Shown piece by piece: positions 1 to 11,975 of a stretch of 64,000 nucleotides of DNA. Position 1 is the stretch's first letter, and each line of letters begins with the position of its first letter. The DNA is from the human T2T-CHM13v2.0 reference genome, Homo sapiens, in the NCBI RefSeq assembly GCF_009914755.1, contig NC_060939.1; one strand, written 5' to 3'. Below the pieces are notes generated by a model. The model had not been told where the DNA came from and did not search any database. It saw nothing but the letters and a program-made list of their open reading frames with translations. Position numbers and translations under genes: made by a program.

Positions 1-140
1 AAGAATACTAATTTGTCTCAAGAAAACTAGAGAAAGGAATCTTGATTTTGGACTCTGCTCAAGCTAGATTGCAAGCCTTGTTTCTTGAGGCCCAGCCACA
101 GTGGTAGCCAAGGGAACCAACTGTGACAGCCCTGGGGTAA

Positions 141-516
<376 letters not shown>

Positions 517-954
517 TGTGATTTATTTTAAAGTAAGAAAGCCCATTTCTCTATATAACTCCACTATTACAGGAATTTTATTCCCCCAAATTAGTCAAAC
601 ATCTTGTTTTTAGAATTTGATATTTTTTGGACCAGTGTTGATCTCAGGTGTGAGTTGCCTTCATCAAGTCCGATTATACGTGCCAGGCACAGTATCTAAA
701 CTGCATGCAGAAATATCATTTCTAAGAGGAGTACTCTCAGATTTTCAGGCATCCAGCTCATTATATATCATGGATTTTTTTATATGACACACCACACAGT
801 TGGGATGCTTGACTGCCTTGAGTCCTGTGATGCTCTGCTGTGTGCACAAGGGCAGGGAGGCAGGCCAGGTTTTCAAGGTGATCACTCAGATTCCCTCTGG
901 TGGCAAATGACAGAAAGGCCCATCTCTCTTCAGCATACGGCAGCACTGGGTCTC

Positions 955-1130
955 AAATGAAGGCAGGGAAGGACTTCAAAGGGCCATCTATATCCTCAGT
1001 GCAGGAGTCCTCTCTGTTGAATCCTTAAACAGCCCCTCCCACTGGGACATCACCCCGCTACTAAACAGAACTGCCTAAAGTGAGCAGAAATCATCTCCAT
1101 GTAACTTCCACTCACTGATGTCACTTCTAA
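955..1130 (+). mobile_element. Possible L3/CR1 LINE fragment
   Basis: gaaggacttcaaagggccatcta and tgtaacttccactcactg resemble the CR1/L3 3' region; very degenerate. Confidence 0.35.
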
Positions 1131-1538
1131 CCGGTTCATCTGTTACTTCTCCAATTAAACCAGCTATTTTTGACAAATGATTTTAAAGTTGTATTTAATG
1201 CCTTCCCGCAGTAAGAAAATTTAGAGATTTTTGTATTTAATAAAATTTTATTTCAGATTAAAATTTATTGTGGCCAGATTACTACAAAAAGATTAATTTT
1301 AAAACTCATGAGAGATGAAACTTTGTGATCATTTGGGATTCCCCTGGCTTTTTGCTCATTCCAATTTATACTTACAATAGTTTTAAACAACACTGGGATT
1401 TTTTTAAAAAAATAATGAATCCTCAATTAGATTAAAAATGCTCTTAAGTGTTTGCTGCATTATAAACTGGAGGGAAGGGATAAGAAGATATTGAGGCCAG
1501 TCCCCGAACACCCAGTTTAATTGTGTGCTTGCGCTTAC

Positions 1539-1766
1539 CTTGGGTTGGATGGCCTCTTTCTGGCTCACCAGTTGAGACCTTAAGATGAGGACTTCCTCCT
1601 TGCGGACATCAAGCTCCTCGCTCACAGAGGTCAGCTGCTCCATGAGGACACGGTAGGCAGGTGCACCTGGGGCGGTCACCTCTGGGGCACTTTTCTCACT
1701 GAGGGCCTTGCGCAACTCATTTAGCTCATTCTTCAGTTTTTTGTTTTCTGATTCTAGTTCTTGACG
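1539..1766 (-). CDS. MYO5A: Myosin-Va exon 28 (228 nt), medial tail (exon A region)
   Basis: acag|CGT...AAG|gtaag; [44 protein letters not shown]...SQKEAIQPK. Confidence 0.97.
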
Positions 1767-2784
1767 CTGTATGAAAAGACAAAGAAAAGTTCATTGCTGT
1801 CATCCTCAACTTTACGTTGGATGCTCAAACTTCTCCCAAGCTGGTAGAAGAATTCTGCTGAAAAAGTTCATCAGAGTTACCCTAGTGAATGGCTTCCTAG
1901 GTTCTGCCAGGAGCCCTGCTTTGCAAATTAAGGAAGTCTGACATCAAGTAGAATTGAGCAAGGTCAATGGAAGTTTGCTTCATCAGCCCAAATTCCAGAG
2001 TCAAATGTAGTATTCTGGCCTGCCCAGGGTGTGTTCACTGGCATGGAGAGATTGCTGAGTCCCAAGGGGTGAGTTTAGCCAGTGCTATGGAGCCTAGCTT
2101 TTGTTTGCAGATAAATATATGGGAAATCTGAGGGTCCAGCTGGCCAGGATATTTCCAATGAATGATTCAGATGGGTGGATCCCTGAAGTCTTTAGTAGTC
2201 TCCTCTTACTTCCTTTATAAAGCAGAATGGAAAGACTATTGAAATGTTAGGCTTTTAACTTCTAATTTAAAAAGTTTACCATCTCATTCAAACTGGTAAA
2301 ACTCCCTTTTGTGTCTAAATGACAACAAATAGTGTATTTTTCAAACTTCTTTTCTGTGTGACGCACTTGTGACATTGTGGGCAGAGCCTTGGGAGGCAGG
2401 AGGCAAGGCTGAAGGCCTTCCTCCAGCCATCCAGAAGGATATGCACATCCTCATCCCTCCAATAGTTCATGTCTTACCAGCCAGCCCCTGCCACCAGTTA
2501 GTGCTGCCCACTCCATGCTCTGTTCAAACAATGGCAACAGGAACCCAGAATAGAGTGCCACCGACACTAGCACACAAGTGTCACAAGATACTGGTTGGGA
2601 AACACAGATGCAGACAGGCACTTAAAAGCACCATGGTGCCTCATTTAGCACAGGACACAAGGCCTGATGATACTGAAACACTTGTGTATAAACATTGAAT
2701 ATTTTATTGTTTCTTCCCAGAGACAAAACCTTAGGTTTGTAGCACTATATCAGTCCTTTCAATGTGTTATATTAAAACTATTTA

Positions 2785-3100
<316 letters not shown>

Positions 3101-3280
3101 TTAAAGTCCTTCTTTTTTCTAGTTTAAGAATATATAACCCTTTCTTTCATGAATTAATCTATTCTTTTGTAAAAATGAATGCTCTCTCCCTTCCCCATTC
3201 TCCCACCAACTGGTAATCAGATTCTTATTGCTCATTTCTGTAACAGAAGACACATAAATGTCATTACTTTGATGTGTAAA

Positions 3281-3480
3281 CTACAAATGTTTCCCAAATT
3301 TACTGTGTATCAGAATCACCCAGAGGTCTTGTTCAAACACAGATTGCTGGGGCGTACCCTCAGAGATTCTGATTCAATAAGTCTAGTAGTGTGAGGCCTG
3401 AAAATTTGCACTTCCAACAAGCTACCAGGTGACATTGATCCTGCTGGTCCAGGGACCATATTTTGAGAGCCACTAATCTA
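3281..3480. mobile_element. MER5-family hAT-Charlie MITE
   Basis: atcagaatcacc...cagattgctggg...gagattctgattca...aacaagctaccaggtga...tttgagagccact. Confidence 0.8.
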
Positions 3481-3889
3481 ATACTTTGTGAATCCAGGCT
3501 TCATTCACACTACAGAGAATGTTTTTATTCATTCATTATTGTGTGAAGCAGGAGAAGTCTGGAGAGCAGATTCCTACTCCTATGTCTGGTCTGCCCCATC
3601 ATACCCAATTGGATTTTTATAGTGGCAGATGCTAGAGTCCACGTCCTTTACTACCACAGCCTCGAACAGCAGCTACTTCTCCTGTTCCTGTTAAGACTAA
3701 AGTCTAGCTTATATGAAATGGAATTTATAAAAAGAAACAACACAAGAAGTAATGCTGAATAAGGCTGAAGCTAGGACCTCTGGTGCAATCTCCAACCCTT
3801 AAGGATGTTCTCTGAGAAAAAGAGAGGCTCTGAATGGGCCTCTTGCCAAAACAAAATATTCAAAGTCTTGAGCAGAAACTCCCCATTAC

Positions 3890-3943
3890 CTTGAGTGACT
3901 CATATTCCAGTTCTGCACCTCTAATTTGTGGTCTTTCTTCTTC
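3890..3943 (-). CDS. MYO5A: Myosin-Va exon 27 (54 nt)
   Basis: ctag|GAA...AAG|gtaat; EEERPQIRGAELEYESLK. Confidence 0.96.
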
Positions 3944-4155
3944 CTAGGGAAAAGTTAAAGTTTTATATTTTAATTGTCACATTTTTACTCTTAAAATATT
4001 TACTTGCTCTACCGAAAACAGTGAAGAGAGTTTAGCCCTCACTACTTTAACCAAGTGGTGCTTGGATAGGCTGGGCTGAGTCTCCACTAAGGAAGAGACT
4101 GCTGAAATGGACATAAAGCCCAGCTTCAGCTCTGCGGATGGGCTGTGCTGCGCAC

Positions 4156-4299
4156 CTTGGCCTTGCTGCGGAGCACCTGCTCCTCCTTGCGGTCCAGCTC
4201 ATCCTGCATCACCTGCTTCTCCTGCTCCAGCTCTGTGACCCGCTTCTGGAGCTTAAGGAACAATGACATGTCCAGAGGTACCTTCTTCTCACTTGGTTC
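4156..4299 (-). CDS. MYO5A: Myosin-Va exon 26 (144 nt)
   Basis: ttag|GAA...AAG|gtgcg; [48 protein letters not shown]. Confidence 0.96.
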
Positions 4300-4344
4300 C
4301 TAAACCCCAGGAATCACAAAGATGGTCAAGACAAGCCAGAAGAC

Positions 4345-5440
<1,096 letters not shown>

Positions 5441-5516
5441 TTGAAAATATGAAATGCCAGCATAAATATATTGAGATCACACAGAGAAAACTGAAATCTG
5501 ATAAACCAAACATATA

Positions 5517-6154
5517 CAGTCAGCCCTCCATATCCTTGGGTTCTGTATCTGTGGGTTCCACATCCTCTCAGATTCAACCAACTGTGGATCAAAAATATTC
5601 CCCCCCAAAAAAACTCCCAAACAATAAAAATGAAAATGATTATCACATTTTTACTGTTAGAATATTTACTGCCTCTTCAGAAAACAGTGAAGAGAGTTTA
5701 GCCCTCACTACTTTAACAAAACGCTGCTTGGTTAGGCTTGGCTGTGTCCCCACTAAGAAGAGACTGCTGAAATAGACATAAAGCCCAGCCTTGGCTCTGC
5801 AGATAGACCTGTGCTGCGCAACTTGGCTTTTTATTACAAATAAATAGTTATTATACTGTATTGTTTACATAGCATTTATATTGTCTTGGGTATTACAATA
5901 TTCTATATTTGTCTTAGGTACTAAATAATGTTTTATTTAATTATATATTGTCTTAGGTATTAAATAATGCTATATTTACATAGCTTGTCTTAGGTATTAT
6001 AAGTAATGTAGAGATGATTTAAAGAATATGGAAGGATGTGCATAGGTTATATGTAAATACTACTGCATTTTATATAAGAGACTTGAGCATCCTTAGATTT
6101 TGGTATTCATGAAAGTCCTGGAACCAATCCCCTGTGGAAACCGAGGGACGACTG
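5517..6154 (-). mobile_element. MER2 (TcMar-Tigger MITE) expanded by an internal insertion
   Basis: termini cagtcagccctcc...gagggacgactg, TA on both sides; MER2 body (gattcaaccaac, gagatgatttaaag, gacttgagcatcc, ggaaccaatcccc). Confidence 0.88.
5639..5827 (+). repeat. Direct duplicate of 3973-4161 (MYO5A intron 26 plus exon 26 edge)
   Basis: hand alignment gives about 25 differences in about 190 columns; 38-nt perfect core 5680-5717 = 4014-4051. Confidence 0.95.
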
Positions 6155-8704
6155 TATAGTTCTTAATAAACTGAAGGATAACCTAATAACATTTTAAAAA
6201 TGTGTCAACTGGTTCCAAAACAGAATCACAATGAGACCTACTAGGATAAATAAAGGTACACTAATTAAAGCTAAAAAGAATGGAAACAACTAACCATCAT
6301 AATGGAAGTTGTGGATGCCATAATTGTTTTAACATGTTTACCTAAGGTTTTAATTTTTAATGAGGTAAGAAGAGAAATAATTGTACTATTAGAATTAATG
6401 TGGAAGATAAAGAGTCCCTTTGTTAGAGAGAGACAAGTGGGGCTGGAGGAGCAAGAGAATGGCAACAATCATTTATTTAACTAAATGGTCAAAGTATAAT
6501 TCTTAAATGATTGGTAAATCTACCCAATTGTTTAAAAAGAGAATGTTTACTTTTGCTTTTCTGATATGAGAACAGAATAAGCTTTTACAGAAAATTTAGG
6601 AAATAAGAAAAGTTCAAAGAAGAAAAACACAGCCATAATCCTATCGCCACAGAAAAACTACAATTTTTTCTTAGTCTTTTTCTCTATGCATCTATAGATT
6701 TAAAGAATTAGAATAATAATGTCATTATAATTTTATATGGTCTTTTAAACTTGGCATTGCATTGTTTCCCAAATTTATAATATGATATTTCAATATATAG
6801 ACAGGTGTGTCACCATTTGCTTAGCTATTATTTTACTGATGGGTGTTGAAGTTGTTTCTAATTTTTTGCTATTGGAATATTACTAAAATAAACACCCCAG
6901 TATATAAATATCTAAACATTAACTTCTTAAAAGTCCATTAAATTGGGCCAATTTAAACTTCTATCAGCAACCATCACCTTGCCTTCAACAGTAGTAACCG
7001 TTATAATTAAAAAAAAAAAAAAATTAGCTCAGTTAATAGACCAAAAGTGGCACTTCGCTGTTGATTTAATTTGCATTTCTTTGACTTTTTTTTTTATTTT
7101 TTTATTTTCAGGAATTGTATATTAATTAGCTACCTTTGGTCTTTCATGAATTCAGAGTAGTGTTAAGTGTTATTCCAATTCAAAAACAACCTGAGAAGAA
7201 TCAACTGAACAAAAAAGTAGGCATTTATAGGCTGTCAAAGTCATTTGTCCACAAATTAATTACACCTGAACTTTTTCTTTCTGCCTACTTTGTAATACTT
7301 AACAATTAGAAAAAGTTTTAGGTATATAATCTTTATAATAAAGTCTGTCCTGACTTAGCAGAACAGATATAACATCTTGCCTCAACACGAAATCACCACA
7401 GAATTTCATTCATATAAAAATTCTTCTCTATACGTCCCCCATAAAAATTAAGCGTAAAATACTTATATTGAAGCTTATTTACAATGTAAACATTCCATAT
7501 TATATATTTTAATGTTTGTTCATTTATGAATGATGTACATGTCCCTGAAATTTTAAATTATTTAATCTTTTCTTACACTGTCATAGAACCTTTCATTCTA
7601 GAAATGAATATAATACTTCATTCATTATACCTAAAATATCACTTGGAAATCATTCCTTTGAGCCTTGAATGGGCACTTTTTGTTTAAAAGGAATCCTCTT
7701 ATTAAAATGGGATGGTGTTTTGATAACTAGAACTAGCAAAAAAAAAAAAAAAAAGAAAAAATGTGATGGGTTAACTCTTTAGACATTGGCTAATACTATA
7801 TAAACAACTAGTTGATTGCTGGACAAGAGCAAAATTCTGTGGATAAGAATATTAAAATAGAAGGTGGAAGATCACAAAAGATTACATTTGAAAAATGCAA
7901 AATGACTCGAGGCATAAAGAGTGGTAATTATTTAAGAGTGCTCCCGATGGTACCCATTCTGAGCCCGGATGACACATCTAATTAAAGAGATGCTATCAAA
8001 TTAAAGAGCTGTCCTCACTATACCCCATGAGCAAGAAGGAAGATTGGGCCATCTGTCACAGAGAAGTTTCTGAGGTTTTGTTTCGCTTTTTGCCTTAGTA
8101 AGGACTTTGTCACCCAGGGCTTTTCTAAGACAGCGAAGCTTTTTAACTGACCTAAAAAATAACACTAGTCTCTCATCTGAGGAAAATCAAAATAACTGAA
8201 TTTATTCACAAAATTACCACCACTACAGGCCTGGCAGTCATTCTGAAATAACTCCTAATGATAGCTGAGAAAGTTCTGGTGACCCTTCCCAGAGGTGAAA
8301 GGTGTGAGAAAGCTTGACAGCAGAAGCAGAACAGGGATCATCAGTCAAGGGCTCCTAGAAGAGGTGCACACCAAGCAGGAGGAGCACTGGTTCCAAAGCA
8401 ATGTCATCCCAGCCCATGAAGATCGGCAAGCGTGGGAGGGCTGCAAAACAAGTGGGACTGGCAGGCGAATTCTCCACAGAGCTACAGACTGGTTTCCGGC
8501 AAGCACACCCTTTTTATCATGGCTTCCCCCTACCAGCAGAGCTGCTAAAGTGGTACTACACTGGAATGGGCAGCTTGTAAATGTACTTCCCTCCGACTAT
8601 TGCAAGTGAGTACTCCCACTGAGATCAACAGGATGTAATCCTAAAACCTTCCTATCTACTGAAGGCTCAGAAGTCCTAATTTTTAAATCTTCAAAGTCTA
8701 ACTT

Positions 8705-9136
8705 TGTGGTATTCTCCAAAGATGGCACCAATGATTCTTCTCAACATACAAGTATTTCCTCCCAACAAGAGATGGAATCTATCCCCTTTGCCTTGAATCT
8801 GGGCTGACCTTGTGATTTTCTTTGATCAGAATGCAGCAGAACTAACACTGGGCCAGTTCTGGGCCTAGCTCTAAGAGGCCTGGCATCTTTTAGTCTGTCA
8901 CTCTTAGAACCCACCTACCTGCTGCTGAACAGAGGCTACATGGAGAGGCCCAGGGAAGAGAAGCAAGCACTCTACAGAATGCAGCTACATGAGGCACTCC
9001 GACCACCACCACATGGAACAGAAGAACTCCCCAGTCAAATCCCACAGAATTATGAGTAATAATAAATTACTGTTTTTTAAAAAAAAAACACTAAAACTTG
9101 AGATCATTTATTACATAGCAATAGATAACTGGAAAA
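8705..9136 (+). mobile_element. MLT1-family ERVL-MaLR solo LTR
   Basis: tccaaagatggc, ccttgaatctgggctg, aataaattactgttttt, ttacatagcaatagataactg end motif. Confidence 0.8.
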
Positions 9137-9252
9137 ACCTCTATCCTGCTATATCCTGGCCATACTGTTATATCCATGGGCCCCAGCCAATGTTAGCTAT
9201 AGATAGAAAAGGGATTGGAGAGTTGCAGTATAGAATCCCTGGATGGAAGTCA

Positions 9253-9362
9253 GTAGAATATAATGGCTTAAGAACATGAATTCTAAAGAGACAAGCCTCA
9301 GTTAGTATGCTGGATCTACCATTTATAAGCTGTGAACCTGGACAAATTACTTAGCCTTCTTG
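9253..9362 (+). mobile_element. MIR fragment
   Basis: ttaagaacatgaattct...agctgtgaacctggacaaattacttagcct. Confidence 0.6.
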
Positions 9363-10253
9363 TATGTATGATTCCAATGATATGACATTCCAACTATGTA
9401 ACATTTTTCTTCAAAATTAACAGAATGAGATGGCAGAAACTTCATTCTTAAGTAGAACTAAGACAAGAAAGGAAAGAATCACTCAATTTCTCTAGCTATT
9501 CTACCAGAAGCAGTCTATTTCTGATTTGGCCATTTTCAAAAAATATAATATAAAAATAGGACAGTTGTGCCTGAATTACCCATTATTGAAACTATATCAT
9601 ATTTTAAAAGATCTTAGAATTGGTTGGGAATAATCTAACTAAAAGTCACTATACTCTTGGAGTTACAGTAATACATCATTTTGGTTTCATACCACAAAAC
9701 ACAAAACATTAAAGCAGATTTCTAAACTATTTTCCATGCATTTTGTAGAAGAAAGTTACATTGGTAAAAACTGGCATAAAATAGAGGCATCAGTTTTGCT
9801 AAACTCTGGGGCACTGGTGTTTATAATATTCAAGGACAAAGGGCTTACTTTAAAAATAATTTACCTCTGTCTACAGCGGTGGTCCACAGATATAAAGTAA
9901 ATAAATAATAAGTAAAAATAAAATAATTTACCTCAGTCTGAAATAAATTCCTGTAAACATATCATGTTAGGGGTAAAGAGAATTATAAAAATAAAATCTC
10001 ACCATCAAAATTGCATTAAAAATTAAAATTAAAATTTGTATTGACAAAAAAATGCAATAGGTATGTATGTACACAGCACTTAAGTATACAAAAATGTAAA
10101 TAAGTTTGTATCTACAAGTCACTTATGAAGAATAAATGATTCAAACAAATACTATGTTTATGGCCAATTGGAGTCTGCTTTGCAATGGAAATGTTCCTTG
10201 TTAACAACAGCATGCTCATATCCTACTTTCAGTGACAGATGTCTAAACTGTAC

Positions 10254-10367
10254 CTCTGTCCTTGATGGAATGTCTTCCATTTCTGCAATTTCAGAGCTAA
10301 AGATATATTCAGACTCGTTGCTGCTGTGGGTGGAGTCTGTTCTCTTGTGTCCAGGCTTAGGCACATG
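10254..10367 (-). CDS. MYO5A: Myosin-Va exon 25 (114 nt), PEST region
   Basis: gcag|CAT...GAG|gtaca; [38 protein letters not shown]. Confidence 0.96.
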
Positions 10368-11774
10368 CTGCAAGGCAAATAACCCAGGTATAATTAATGC
10401 AACATAATTAGTCTAGGCATAGTTAAGACAGCATCCACCTTGACTTGGTTCTTATCCCTACTTCCTGACTTGTATTGGTGCCCAAGTGATTTGTTCCATA
10501 TTGTTTTGACCAAATAATTACAAAAAGGTCACCGCTTCAAAGAAAAAGGTACACTGGCATGACAGGACAAGAACAGTTGCAAAACCAAATGCCCAAATGA
10601 AAACCACTTCTGATTATTAGTCGAGTCCCCTTTGGGTGTTGAAAGCTTTGAGCGGTCAGTCACACTGGGTGAAGCAGTGCTCAGTGAAGCACTGGGTGAA
10701 GCTTCCAAGCACTGACTTTTAGTGCCATAATCAAATAAAACTTACAAAAACCTCATAAAATATATTGAAATGGCATGCACAATCATTTTACTGCATGGTA
10801 ACTAGGCATAAATGGTTTAAAAGAAAGATGAAGGAGTTCACACAGGCAGCTCTAACTTCTGTCACTTTAATACGTGAAGTTAAATCTTTGGAGTGAGCAG
10901 TGGGCAGGATGGACAGTACACGGGAGGTAAGAAAGCTGCTCTAGTAATCCTCTGAAGAGCCCTCGGTTATTACCTCAGGGCATCCAGGTGGCATTTTTAT
11001 GACATGTAATACCTAGGAAATTAGTGTTGAGAAAGTTCAAGAGGAATAGAAAAGTTTAGCAACGACACACCCTTCCCTCCTGTAGGAGAAGGGGTTAGAG
11101 AATAACTTGAGGGAAGAAGGAATTAAAAGGCTGGGCTCTTAGCATGTCCCCAGCAGGAGAGGTGGAAAAGATCCAGTGGCTTAATCTTGCAGTGTTACAG
11201 TCCTGAGGGCTTCACAAAGGCCTCTGAGAGCTTTCTCATCTGTCCAGTTTTCTTTGTACCTTTCCCCAGCTGCTGGAAAAGAGCTAGAAGCCACAAAGAG
11301 CTTCTTTGTCTCTTCCCTTCCAACACCCAGGCTTATGGAGAGCAGACTCATCCAGAGGCACGTAAAAGTCTCCCAGGCCAACCCAACCTGTACTGCAATG
11401 TGAAGGGAAGATCCAAGAACACCAGCACCTCTGAAACGATCCAGAAGCTGGGGTGCACACTAAAGGGGACAATCATCACACATGAAGTCAAAGGCACTCA
11501 AATTCACTGTCTGTTTACAGACACAGGCACTCTTGCTTAAAGTTTCCAGCCCAAGCCCACAGTTGTAGGAATGGCATTTATTTAATAAACTGGTTGTATC
11601 ACTAAGAAAACCAGGTAGTCCAGATAAACACCAGGACAAAGATTTTTAATAAGCTTATTAAAAATGAGAGAGATCCCTGTCTTCCCACATATGTCTATCA
11701 TTATACAAGGAATACCTTAAGGCATTAATAGAAGCAACATTGCTTTTTGCTATTTAATGTAACTTTTGGATACA

Positions 11775-11975
11775 GGGCAGTGATTAAGTGCTCTGGATCT
11801 GAAACGAGAGAGAGCTAGGCAGGAATACCAGCTCTTCCACTAGCTGGTATTTTCATCATCAGGAAAAAAAGGGTACTAATTTCTATCTCATAGGGTCTGT
11901 GTGAGGATTAAATAAGAGTGTGGAAGTAAAGAGTTTGGCTTGGCATAACAAGCATTCAATGAATGTTAACTTCTG
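11775..11975 (+). mobile_element. MIR with internal deletion
   Basis: atctcatagggt...tgtgaggattaaataag...cattcaatgaatgtta core and tail. Confidence 0.7.

Noticed and set aside
3973-4155. H/ACA snoRNA in intron 26 with 5639-5827 as a retrocopy (AAAGTA H-like box, ACA near the copy end)
   Set aside because: No convincing two-hairpin fold; the copy includes exon bases, has no poly-A or TSD, and has ATA instead of ACA.
5881-5999. CRISPR-like repeat-spacer look of the four 15-nt motifs
   Set aside because: Eukaryotic intron, irregular spacing, spacers derived from adjacent MER2 sequence, no cas genes.
10675-10694. IRE-like hairpin with CAGTGA loop
   Set aside because: No bulged C five pairs below the loop, antisense to MYO5A and intronic.
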